Assembly: GCA_020059785.1 (NCBI GenBank) | Contig: JAGVBL010000103.1 | Location: forward strand, 1-34,514 | DNA length: 34,514 nucleotides | DNA from: Ignavibacteriales bacterium | GTDB taxonomy: Bacteria > Bacteroidota > Ignavibacteria > Ignavibacteriales > Melioribacteraceae | Reading direction: 5' to 3' | In this document: positions 1 through 8,962 of the stretch, piece after piece | Position numbering within the stretch: position 1 is the first letter of the stretch | How the letters are laid out: each line of letters starts with the position of its first letter | Notes under the pieces: model-generated | Told to the model about the DNA's origin: nothing | Databases searched by the model: none | What the model saw: only the letters and a program-made list of their open reading frames with translations | Position numbers and translations under genes: made by a program

Positions 1-97
1 GCCATTTACTTTTTTTTACCGTCGTTTAACGTGTCTACGGAGAACACGGTGTGCAATTCAAAGAACTAATAACCCCGTCGAAACCAATGTCACCCCC
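1..97 (-). ncRNA. ssrA: tmRNA (SsrA), 5' portion only; continues beyond the window start
   Basis: Reverse complement of 97..1 reads GGGGGUGACAUUGGUUUCGACGGGGUUAUUAG... This is the canonical tmRNA 5' acceptor/tRNA-like arm (compare E. coli GGGGCUGAUUCUGGAUUCGACGGGAU). A GC-rich pseudoknot-like segment (GCACACCGUGUUCUCCGUAGACACGU) and an A-rich tract follow. No ORF covers it. Confidence 0.8.
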
Positions 98-101
98 GTT
101 A

Positions 102-109
102 CAAATTTA
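102..109 (-). promoter_or_regulatory. Candidate Bacteroidetes-type -7 promoter box (TAAATTTG) for ssrA
   Basis: The minus strand reads TAAATTTG-TAAC-GGGGG, so the box ends 4 nt before the first G of the tmRNA. It matches the TAnnTTTG consensus. A direct repeat TTCTCAATT (x2) lies just upstream. Confidence 0.4.
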
Positions 110-133
110 GAATTGAGAATGGAAAATTGAGAA

Positions 134-682
134 TTATTTTTTCCATTCAATATCAGGGTGATTCGAAGAGAAATTTTCAAAACGAGCAAGAACAAACAAT
201 AAATCCGATAAACGATTCAAGTAAATTTTTATTTCTTCATTAATCGATTCAATTTTAGCAAGTGCAATCACTTCCCTTTCAGCTCTTCTGCAAACAGTTC
301 TTGCAAGATGAAGTAAACCGGCTCCTCTTGTTCCACCCGGAATAATAAAATTTTTAAGTGGAGGAAGCTTTGAATCATAATTGTCAATTAACTTTTCCAA
401 TTTTTCAACAAATACATTACTAACACGCTGTATTGTAATTGCTTTGTTATCTTTTTCCAGCGGACTTGCTAAATCCGAACCAAGCGTAAATAAATCGTTC
501 TGTATACTATAAATTACTTCTGCAAGTTCCTTTTCATTTATTTCATTTACAGAAATGCCAAGAACTGAATTTAATTCATCAACCGTACCATAAGCAGAAA
601 TTCTAAGATTATCTTTCCAAACTCTCTGTCCGCCAAATAATGACGTTTCCCCTTTATCGCCGGTTTTAGTATAAATTTTCAT
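134..682 (-). CDS. ATP:cob(I)alamin adenosyltransferase, PduO type
   Basis: 182 aa. The N-terminus MKIYTKTGDKGETSLFGG...RISAYGTVDELNSVLG is the typical PduO/MMAB-family signature. It overlaps the upstream gene by 4 nt. Confidence 0.85.
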   Translation of the reverse strand: MKIYTKTGDKGETSLFGGQRVWKDNLRISAYGTVDELNSVLGISVNEINEKELAEVIYSIQNDLFTLGSDLASPLEKDNKAITIQRVSNVFVEKLEKLIDNYDSKLPPLKNFIIPGGTRGAGLLHLARTVCRRAEREVIALAKIESINEEIKIYLNRLSDLLFVLARFENFSSNHPDIEWKK

Positions 683-1770
683 TTTGTAAATGGTAGCCCG
701 GTAACAGTTAAATCAATTCTTTTGGATTCAGTTTCCACATAAAATTTAGTATCCGGTAATATTTTCTTTTTCCTTATAAATCCAATTCCAATTGTTTTAT
801 TAAGCAGAAAAGATTGAGCAACACTTGTAACTTCGCCAATTTCCTCATTCTTATCTGTCTTAACGGTAATGGGTAAACTCACATTAGCATTTTCATTAAA
901 GATGTAACCGATCATATTAAACTGAACCTTATCATAAGTATCAAGACGTGCAATCACTTCCTGCCCGATATAACATCCTTTAGTAAATGATACTTCATTC
1001 AAAAGATCATTTTCATGCGGATTAAATTCATCATTAATTTCAGAAGGATATAGAGGAATACCGTTTTCAATTCTAAAAATATTAAACGCTTCAGAGCCAA
1101 CAAAATTTACATCGAAGACGCTCTTATTTTCGAGTAAGTATTCTACAAATGCAATTAATTGTTCTGCTTGAAGTAAAATTCTGTAATACTTTAATCCACT
1201 ATTCTCGTGCAGTGAAAAGAGCGAGAAATTAAATCCGTCAACATTAGGATTTATTATATTATCACCATCCAAAGATTTAATTTCCTCACCCAAAATTAAT
1301 GTAAGAAAAGACTCGGCTTGAGAACCGAATAAATCCATCACTACATAATTGTTTGAAAGGTCACCGGTCTGGATATCTTCCATTATTATGTATTTTTTTA
1401 TCCAGTTAAACAATCTGTTATTATTACTATTTCCGATTAATAAAAAATGATCTTCGAAGTTTAACAAAGTTGTTCTATCAATAAACCTTCCCTTTTCGTT
1501 AAGGAAAAGAGTAGGTGTTTTGTAAAACGGTTTTATATCTTTAACAGCATTTGTAGAAACCCGGTGCAGAAAGTCGAGTGTGTCTTTGCCTGTTAATTTT
1601 ATGATAGATTTATTAAACGATACAATAATTCCAATACCGTGTTTAAGAGATTTATACTCTTCTTCAACACCGGTATAAAATTTTATTTCGGAGCCAGAAT
1701 AATTTGACCCGGGAAATTTTTTTATTAATTGATCTATCATTGATCCTGTAATATGATTTTCTACAAACAT
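679..1770 (-). CDS. YgfZ/GcvT-family folate-binding protein (aminomethyltransferase-like)
   Basis: 363 aa. The C-terminal motif TKGCYIGQEVIARL matches the YgfZ signature KGC[YF]xGQE. Length and layout fit the GcvT fold. Confidence 0.7.
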   Translation of the reverse strand: MFVENHITGSMIDQLIKKFPGSNYSGSEIKFYTGVEEEYKSLKHGIGIIVSFNKSIIKLTGKDTLDFLHRVSTNAVKDIKPFYKTPTLFLNEKGRFIDRTTLLNFEDHFLLIGNSNNNRLFNWIKKYIIMEDIQTGDLSNNYVVMDLFGSQAESFLTLILGEEIKSLDGDNIINPNVDGFNFSLFSLHENSGLKYYRILLQAEQLIAFVEYLLENKSVFDVNFVGSEAFNIFRIENGIPLYPSEINDEFNPHENDLLNEVSFTKGCYIGQEVIARLDTYDKVQFNMIGYIFNENANVSLPITVKTDKNEEIGEVTSVAQSFLLNKTIGIGFIRKKKILPDTKFYVETESKRIDLTVTGLPFTK

Positions 1771-1780
1771 AATCTAATCT

Positions 1781-2623
1781 TTAGTATTTCCTGAACCATC
1801 TGGGATTTTTATCAGTAATATAAAGCTGTCTTCTTTCACTCCAATAAAACGGAATTGAATCCCGAACTCTAATTCTTAATGAATCTTCAATGAACCGGAA
1901 TTCATAGTAATCCGGGAACTTATCATTATTAACCATAGCCAACGTTCTTTTATGAACGATGCCCACATATGTTTCTAACAGATGCGGAGGTTTACGCCAT
2001 CCATCAACTAAAAAGAAATTATAATTTCTGTGACCCGAAATAATTCCATCTTCATAATTCATCTCAACGTATTTAATATTCTTAGGCGACCAGGTTTTAA
2101 TACTCATTCTATTAAATCCTCCATGGATTGGAACTTCGGATTCCCAGATTCTTTCGAATTGACTCTCCTTACATTCAAATAACGTTAAAAAGAAAAATGC
2201 AGTTCCAAGTTTTGTGCTGTCCAGATTAATAAAGCTCGATTCGTAACCGGTAACATTCTTAGCTTCAATATTTCTCTCACCGGGTTTAGACTTTGCAATA
2301 ACAGCCAGAATAAAGTTACTATTGCCATCCCTGAAATAAATTACTGCCGGTTTGGGAATATTAAACGTATAAGTCTTATCGAATCTTACCAGATAAGTAC
2401 CCGGTTCATAATTAGCCAGAACATATTCCTGAAGAGAAATTGTATCGCAAGGGAATCTGTTCTTTGCCTGAGATTTTTGAACATCAATATTGTACTCGCG
2501 TATAGATTCATCCTTTGTGGTTGAAGTAGCAGCATCACCTTCACCAGTATCTTTAGAAGTACATGATCCGGCAAGTATAATAATTGCAAATAGCACAAAT
2601 AATTTTACTAATAAGGGTTTCAT
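1781..2623 (-). CDS. Hypothetical lipoprotein
   Basis: The ORF was trimmed to internal ATG 2623, which gives MKPLLVKLFVLFAIIILAGSC, a lipoprotein signal peptide with a lipobox Cys. The longer ORF would overlap the upstream peptidase by about 137 nt. I recognise no family. Confidence 0.6.
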   Translation of the reverse strand: MKPLLVKLFVLFAIIILAGSCTSKDTGEGDAATSTTKDESIREYNIDVQKSQAKNRFPCDTISLQEYVLANYEPGTYLVRFDKTYTFNIPKPAVIYFRDGNSNFILAVIAKSKPGERNIEAKNVTGYESSFINLDSTKLGTAFFFLTLFECKESQFERIWESEVPIHGGFNRMSIKTWSPKNIKYVEMNYEDGIISGHRNYNFFLVDGWRKPPHLLETYVGIVHKRTLAMVNNDKFPDYYEFRFIEDSLRIRVRDSIPFYWSERRQLYITDKNPRWFRKY

Positions 2624-2639
2624 ACTTTTACCCGTTTTA

Positions 2640-4007
2640 TTAAATCTTTGAAAACTCATCCAGAAAATATGCTGAGCTAAAAATTCCTTTTTCAAAATTT
2701 TCCAAACGGAAATGTTCATTTGGAGAATGAATATTATCAGAGTCCAATCCAAGTCCCATAAGTACCGCCGGTGCATTTAATTTTTTCATGAAATCAACAA
2801 CAACTGGAATTGATCCGCCTTCTCTAGTATAAACAGTTTTCTTACCAAATGCTTTAGAAGTAGCTATAGCAGCAGCTTTTATTGCGTTGCCATTCAATGG
2901 AGCAACAACTGGATACCCGTAATGAAGATTTCTAACATCAACTTTTACACTCTTTGGTGCTAAAGCCCTAATATGTTTTTCAAAATCTCTGGCAATCTTT
3001 TTAGGATCCTGATTAGGCACCAGTCTCATGCTTATCTTAGCTGTTGCTTTAGATGGCAATACAGTTTTGGCACCCTTTTCAGTAAACCCACCGAAGATTC
3101 CGTTACAATCGAGAGTCGGTCTTACCCAAAGTCTTTCTAATGTTGAAAATCCTTTTTCGCCCTGTAATTCTTTTACATCCAAATCCTTTGCAAAATTTTT
3201 ATCGGAGTGTTTTAATCTTCTGAAATTTTCCCGTTCTTCTTTAGAAAGCTTCATTACATCTTTATAGAAATTAGGAACGGTCACCTTACCATTTTTATCC
3301 TGAAGTTTAGAAATAATTTTTGCGAGTTCATTAATAGGGTTAGCAACAGCACCGCCAAAGCTACCGGAATGCAAATCGCGGTTAGGTCCGGTAACTTCAA
3401 CTTCCATATAAAGTAATCCGCGTAAGCCATAAGTAATAGTAGGAACACCGGGTTGAAACATGTTTGTATCAGAGATTAATATTGCATCGCACTTCAACAA
3501 TTCTTTTTGTTCATCTAAAAATTTGGATAGGTTAGCACTACCAATTTCTTCTTCGCCTTCAATAACAAATTTAATATTGAGAGGGAGCGTACCGTTTGTT
3601 TTATAAAATGCTTCAACACTTTTGAAATGGACGAATGCCTGACCTTTATCGTCGTTAGCGCCGCGAGCCCAAATTTTACCATCCTTAATAACCGGTTCAA
3701 AAGGCGGATTATTCCACAGATCAATTGGATCAACTGGTTGAACATCATAATGACCGTAAATTAAAACAGTTGGTTTTCCGGGAGCTCCAAGCCATTCACC
3801 ATAAACAATTGGATGACCTTTTGTTTGAAAAATCTCGACACGGTTCATTCCCGCATTTCTAAGTTTAGAACTTACAAACTCAGCACATCTCTGCATTTCA
3901 TGCTTATGAGATTCAAGAGTGCTGATTGATGGAATCCTAATATATTCCATTAATTCATTAACATAGTTGTCAAAATTAGATTTAATATGATTAATAACGG
4001 ATTCCAC
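2640..4007 (-). CDS. M20-family metallopeptidase (dipeptidase / ArgE-DapE-CPG2 superfamily)
   Basis: 455 aa. Metal-ligand motifs are present: GHYDVQP, GANDDKGQ, EGEEEIGS and a C-terminal HSPNE. The start is GTG with AGGAGG 4 nt upstream. Confidence 0.8.
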   Translation of the reverse strand: MESVINHIKSNFDNYVNELMEYIRIPSISTLESHKHEMQRCAEFVSSKLRNAGMNRVEIFQTKGHPIVYGEWLGAPGKPTVLIYGHYDVQPVDPIDLWNNPPFEPVIKDGKIWARGANDDKGQAFVHFKSVEAFYKTNGTLPLNIKFVIEGEEEIGSANLSKFLDEQKELLKCDAILISDTNMFQPGVPTITYGLRGLLYMEVEVTGPNRDLHSGSFGGAVANPINELAKIISKLQDKNGKVTVPNFYKDVMKLSKEERENFRRLKHSDKNFAKDLDVKELQGEKGFSTLERLWVRPTLDCNGIFGGFTEKGAKTVLPSKATAKISMRLVPNQDPKKIARDFEKHIRALAPKSVKVDVRNLHYGYPVVAPLNGNAIKAAAIATSKAFGKKTVYTREGGSIPVVVDFMKKLNAPAVLMGLGLDSDNIHSPNEHFRLENFEKGIFSSAYFLDEFSKI

Positions 4008-4074
4008 TTGTCCTCCTGATCAAGGTGCTTGTTCAATGATTTATTGATTAATACTTTTTTATCATTTTAGTAAT

Positions 4075-4082
4075 CAAATATA
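4075..4082 (-). promoter_or_regulatory. Candidate -7 box TATATTTG for the M20-peptidase/lipoprotein/ygfZ-like/pduO-type unit
   Basis: The plus strand reads CAAATATA, which is TATATTTG on the minus strand. It lies 68 nt upstream of the GTG start, in the divergent intergenic region. Confidence 0.3.
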
Positions 4083-4224
4083 CACCTAACTAATGCCCGC
4101 TTCAAGTCCATTAAAACAATATTATAAACACACAACTAAGAAGGTTGGTTTGATGGTTTTATTATTGATCAATAGCCGGCGGGATTAATTGATAAACATT
4201 TTTTTATTCTATATAGAATATTGG

Positions 4225-4232
4225 TAAATTTG
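4225..4232 (+). promoter_or_regulatory. Candidate -7 box TAAATTTG for the lptF/lptG-family genes
   Basis: This is an exact TAnnTTTG match ending 23 nt upstream of ATG 4256. Confidence 0.35.
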
Positions 4233-4255
4233 AATAGAGAGTTACTTAAGAGCCA

Positions 4256-5629
4256 ATGATTATAATAAAATACATATTAAAAAATCATCTTATTCCTTTC
4301 ATTTTTTCGATATTCATACTAATCTCGGTATTTCTACTTCAATTTTTGATGAAGTTTGCAGATAAGCTTGTTGGTAAAGGACTTGATACCTGGGTAATTA
4401 TAAAGCTTATTACATATAACCTTGCATGGATGGTAGTGCTTGTAGTTCCGATGGCAGTTCTTGTTGCAACATTAATGGCATTCGGAACGATGTCCCAGAA
4501 TAACGAAGTGGCTATTTTGAAATCCTCCGGTGTGAGTCTATATAAAATGATGATTCCCCCGTTAGCTGCGAGTGTAGTAATTGCAATTCTACTGGTCTAT
4601 TTCAATAATTATATTTATCCGGATGCAAACCATGCGGCACGACTACTGATGGAAGATATTTCACGAAAGAAACCGACACTTTCATTAGTACCTGGAGTTT
4701 TTTCTCAAGAGGTCCCGAACTATTCAATTCTAGTACGTGAAATTGATCAGAATAAAAATGAGTTAAAAGAGATTACAATTTACGACTATACTTCTCCGCC
4801 AAAGGTAAATATTGTTACTGCAAGTGAAGGGAAAATATATCTATCAAGGAATCAGAAAAAATTGATTATGGATCTTGTTAATGGGGAAATACATGAATCG
4901 GATAATTCAAAAGAAAATGTTTACCGCAAACTCCGGTTCGAACGACATAAAATTGCATTACCGGCAGAACAATTCACATTCGAACAGTCAGCTCCCGGAG
5001 GTCCGCGCGGAGATCGCGAGATGGGTGCGCAGGATATGATTGTTATTGTTGATAGCTTAAATCAAATCTATCAAAAGAACCTTGCCGATTTCAATAATCA
5101 ATTCAATTCAATACTCGGTAAAAAAATTGATAGAACTGGTTCAAATATTATTTCACCTGAAAACCTGAGCAATATTTATATCAAAACACAGCAGAGAATT
5201 CAATCGCATTCAAACTCAATAATTACAATAACCAACCGGCTGGATTACGGCAAGGAAGAGATGGGCAGGTACTGGGTTGAGATCCATAAAAAATATTCTC
5301 TTCCGTTTGCATGTATAGTATTCGTTTTAATTGGTGCACCTCTTGGTACAATGATGAAAAGAGGCGGATTTGGAATGGCTGCCGGTACAAGTTTGATTTT
5401 CTTCCTTATTTATTGGGCGTTTTTAATAGGCGGAGAAAAATTAGCCGACAGAGGAATTGTATCTCCATTCTGGGGAATATGGAGTGCTAATTTTCTATTA
5501 ACCATTGTTGGTATTTTAATTACAATAAAAAGTGCGCGGGAAAAAGTTACAATCAGTTTCGATTTCTTACTTAAGTACATACCTAAATCGTGGAGATCAA
5601 ACGAAGAAGAAGACACTTCGAGCGAATAA
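4256..5629 (+). CDS. LptF/LptG-family (YjgP/YjgQ) LPS export permease
   Basis: 457 aa. It has N-terminal TM helices with the conserved ...NNEVAILKSSGVSLYKMM... motif, a large central periplasmic domain, and C-terminal TM helices (LPFACIVFVLIGAPLG). Confidence 0.8.
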   Translation: MIIIKYILKNHLIPFIFSIFILISVFLLQFLMKFADKLVGKGLDTWVIIKLITYNLAWMVVLVVPMAVLVATLMAFGTMSQNNEVAILKSSGVSLYKMMIPPLAASVVIAILLVYFNNYIYPDANHAARLLMEDISRKKPTLSLVPGVFSQEVPNYSILVREIDQNKNELKEITIYDYTSPPKVNIVTASEGKIYLSRNQKKLIMDLVNGEIHESDNSKENVYRKLRFERHKIALPAEQFTFEQSAPGGPRGDREMGAQDMIVIVDSLNQIYQKNLADFNNQFNSILGKKIDRTGSNIISPENLSNIYIKTQQRIQSHSNSIITITNRLDYGKEEMGRYWVEIHKKYSLPFACIVFVLIGAPLGTMMKRGGFGMAAGTSLIFFLIYWAFLIGGEKLADRGIVSPFWGIWSANFLLTIVGILITIKSAREKVTISFDFLLKYIPKSWRSNEEEDTSSE

Positions 5630-6714
5630 ATGATGAAAATAATAGACCGATACCTCATAAAACAATTTATACAAACAATACTATTCGGGCTTCTTGCATT
5701 CACACTTATATTTGTTGTTATAGACATGATGGAAAACCTCGACGATTTTATTGATCAGAATGTCCCTTCGATGATGATTCTTCAGTATTACCTTGTCTTT
5801 ATGCCGGAAATAATCCGTTTAATTACACCTGTAGCAGTATTACTTGCAAGTTTATTTACAGCGGGAAAAATGTCCTCGCTTAACGAGATAACCGCAATAA
5901 AAGCTGGCGGAATAAGTTTATACCGGTTTATGGCACCTTTATTGTAGTCTCTTTTTTGATAAGTGCAATTAGTGTTTATGTAGGAGGTTACCTTGTTCCA
6001 CTTGCAAACAAGCACAAAGTATTTATTGAACAAACATACATGAAGAAAGGAATTGTTTATTTCGGAAGCAACATTTTTTTTCAGGATACAAAATCGAGAA
6101 TTGTAACAATAAATTATTATGATATTGCAAATAAGCAAGCTCACCAGGTCAGCATTCAGGAATTTAACCCGGTTGATAAAACACGTTTAATAAAAAGAAC
6201 TGATGCATTAAGAATGCGATACGACGAACAAAAAAATTGTTGGACATTGTTTAATGGAACTATAAGAGAAATTTCTGATACTGCCGAGGTGATGGAGAAA
6301 TTTATTGAACATGAATTTTACGGATTGAATTTTAAACCGGATGACGTTATTAAAAAACAAAGGAAACCTGAAGAAATGTCCCTTGCAGAATTATCAGATT
6401 TTGCAAATGAACAGAGAAGAACAGGCAATGATCCAACTTCAATACTGATTGAATATCAGTCCAGAATTGCTTACGCATTTGCGAGTGTTGTAGTAGTATT
6501 CTTTGGATTACCTATTTCGGCAAACAGAAGACGAGGCGGACTTGCAATTCAATTTGGAATTAATCTTTTAATAACGTTCGTCTATCTTGTTTTCATGAAG
6601 GTAAGCCAGGCATTTGGAAAAAATGGTGTACTGGACCCGCTGATAACTGCATGGATAGCCAATCTCGTTTTTTTATTAGCCGCGGCGTATAATATAAAGC
6701 GCGCTCTTAAATAA
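5630..6714 (+). pseudogene. LptG/LptF-family LPS export permease; reading frame broken by a 1-nt deficit near 5936-5947
   Basis: ORFs 5630..5947 (N-terminal part, ...LNEITAIKAGGISLYRFMAPLL*) and 5956..6714 (C-terminal part) together make one ~361-aa permease. The downstream frame is already open from 5884. The span is 1085 nt, which is 2 mod 3. Restoring one T in CCTTTATT gives ...YRFMAPFIVVSFLISAIS... Confidence 0.8.
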
Positions 6715-8946
6715 TTATTTGGTTTTAAATTCAAATACTCCGTCCCAATCATCCGCCGGAGGATTCTGAATATAATACTGACATCTGTTCAAATAAACAT
6801 TAGAAGGGTAATCGCCTAATTTTTCTGAACATCGCTTAAAATAATCCATTGCTGCATCAAAGCTTTTATGTCTGTAAAGTTCTAACCCCTGGAAGTATTC
6901 GTGAATTTTATCAATAGCGTCAATCGCTTTTTTATCATCAATTAAACTAATTAGCTCGTAAACTTTTGTGGGTTCAAGTTTTCCTTTTACACGTATAATA
7001 TCAAGTTCCCTTACAAGAACTTTCTCTTTCACCAATTCGTAAGTTGAACCACTTATCATAATATTGGAGCCATATTCTTTGTTAGCACCTTCAAGACGCG
7101 AAGCAAGATTTACATCATCGCCAAGCACAGTATAATCAAATCGTTTTACACCGCCGATATTACCAACAATTACTTCACCTGAGTTAATTCCAATTCTTAT
7201 ATGAATTACCGGTTCACCAGTCTTTGACCATTTATCCCTTAGCTCGGCAAGTTTATCCTGCATTTGTAAAGCAGTTAAACAAGCTTTGTAAGCATGGTCA
7301 TCAACTTTAACGGGAGCCCCCCAAAATGCCATTACCGCATCGCCAAGATATTTATCGAGAGTACCTCCATTTCTTAAAATAATTTCAGTCATCTCATTCA
7401 GAAATTCGTTAATAAAGCTTACTAATTCCTCCGGTTCTTTTTTCTCTGCAAAAGTTGTAAACCCGGCTATGTCGCTGAACAGAACTGTAAGGGTTTTTTT
7501 CTCGCCGCCTAATTTTAATTTATCGGGATTTGCAAGAAGCTCGTTTACAATTGATTTGCTTACATATTGACTGAACATTCCGGTAATCATAACATTCTGC
7601 TGTCTTTCCTTAATGAAATGATACGCGGTGCTGCTCAAGTAACCAACAACTATTGCCAGTGAAGGACTTACAACTGCAATTACCAGTTTGTTGTTGATAA
7701 ACAGATAAATACTAAGCAAATAAATAACATAAACAATAAACACAACCGCAAGAAGATTGATAATTTCTGTGAGGATCCCGATTCTGATTTTAACTTTTCT
7801 TATTACTGAAGTTGCGATAAAAATAAAAATTGTAAGAAGGATTATTATAAATATTTCCATTTCCTTCGATTGGACGTAGAGGTAATCATTCCATAAAATA
7901 TTTTGAATAATATTTGCATGAAACTCAACGCCGTAAATTTGATTATCTCCTTTTCTTTTTCCTTCAGCAAATGAGATCGGAAGTAAGTCCCGGTCTTCGG
8001 GCATTGTAGAGCCGATTAATACAATTTTATTTTCTAATTTTTTCCTTAACTCCGGATCTGATAAGTATTCTTCCCAAACATTAATTTCGTCTTTATACTC
8101 AATCTCGTCTTTAGTCTTAAACGCTGAATCGTCAATGATATCAAGCATTTTAACATATTCGAACGTTCTGTTAGGTCCATAGAAATTTGTGAGTACTGAT
8201 GTCCTATCAAATTTAGGAATATTTTTATTCCCCAATTTAAAGTAACCATCAACAGATGTAGCTGATTCAAAATTTCGTAATCCTAATACTTTATTTATTA
8301 TGGCAAATCCAAAACTCGGAACTCTTGAATCTGTTATTCCTGTAAATCTAAATGGGATATATCTTCTAAATACATAATCAAAATCGGGCGGCGGCTGAAC
8401 TATTCCAAGAGAGCTATCAACAGTAAAGAAAATATTTTCGTAATTGTAAAATTTCTTCTTGCCTAAAGTATCTGTAACCTCAAAACCGATTTTCTCAATC
8501 AACAGATCACGCGATTCATCTATCTTACCGGCAAGAACAACTTTACCGTAAGATTGTATAGCATCAATAAAGAGAGAGTCGTCTTTGGGTGATGTATCCG
8601 GATTAGACATAATAACATCAATACCAATAGCTCTTACACCAATTTCTTTAAGGTTCTTTATCAATTTTGCATATAAAGATCTTGGTAGCGGCATACGATT
8701 ATATGGCGGTGGAAACTGAGTAAAGGATTCCTGATCAATCTCAATAATTACAACATCCGCTGAATCTTTTATATCAATTTTGCCACGCTCTAAGAAACGA
8801 TTATCAATTAATTTTAATTCGAGCTCCTTCAAAGGAGAAAATGTGAAAAGAAAATCCTGGGTTAAAACAATAGTTAGAATTGAAGCGGCAAGAATAAAAA
8901 TTCCGCTCTTATATAACCAGATTAATTTTCGTTTACCGGAAGACAT
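6715..8946 (-). CDS. CHASE2 sensor domain-containing class III adenylate cyclase
   Basis: 743 aa. It has an N-terminal TM helix, a periplasmic CHASE2-like region (VVIIEIDQESF...LPRSLYAKLIKNL...GIDVIMS), a cluster of TM helices, and a cyclase domain (LFSDIAGFTTF, DKYLGDAVMAFWGAP, DYTVLGDDVNLASRLE). A C-terminal tail ends ...DDWDGVFEFKTK. Confidence 0.85.
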   Translation of the reverse strand: MSSGKRKLIWLYKSGIFILAASILTIVLTQDFLFTFSPLKELELKLIDNRFLERGKIDIKDSADVVIIEIDQESFTQFPPPYNRMPLPRSLYAKLIKNLKEIGVRAIGIDVIMSNPDTSPKDDSLFIDAIQSYGKVVLAGKIDESRDLLIEKIGFEVTDTLGKKKFYNYENIFFTVDSSLGIVQPPPDFDYVFRRYIPFRFTGITDSRVPSFGFAIINKVLGLRNFESATSVDGYFKLGNKNIPKFDRTSVLTNFYGPNRTFEYVKMLDIIDDSAFKTKDEIEYKDEINVWEEYLSDPELRKKLENKIVLIGSTMPEDRDLLPISFAEGKRKGDNQIYGVEFHANIIQNILWNDYLYVQSKEMEIFIIILLTIFIFIATSVIRKVKIRIGILTEIINLLAVVFIVYVIYLLSIYLFINNKLVIAVVSPSLAIVVGYLSSTAYHFIKERQQNVMITGMFSQYVSKSIVNELLANPDKLKLGGEKKTLTVLFSDIAGFTTFAEKKEPEELVSFINEFLNEMTEIILRNGGTLDKYLGDAVMAFWGAPVKVDDHAYKACLTALQMQDKLAELRDKWSKTGEPVIHIRIGINSGEVIVGNIGGVKRFDYTVLGDDVNLASRLEGANKEYGSNIMISGSTYELVKEKVLVRELDIIRVKGKLEPTKVYELISLIDDKKAIDAIDKIHEYFQGLELYRHKSFDAAMDYFKRCSEKLGDYPSNVYLNRCQYYIQNPPADDWDGVFEFKTK

Positions 8947-8962
8947 TATTTTATATCGCAGT

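Noticed and set aside
1-133. Possible cobalamin riboswitch next to the cob(I)alamin adenosyltransferase gene
   Set aside because: The region lies downstream, not upstream, of that gene. It has no B12-box-like sequence. It is fully explained by the tmRNA 5' arm and its promoter.
2624-2776. Long N-terminal extensions of tracked ORFs: 1781..2776; also 13833..15089, 32665..34053, 10417..11364 and 19629..20408
   Set aside because: The extensions lack signal-peptide logic, overlap neighbouring genes or terminators, or use TTG. In each case an internal ATG with a proper SD yields a canonical signal or lipoprotein peptide. Starts were therefore moved to 2623, 14996, 34038, 11346 and 20390.
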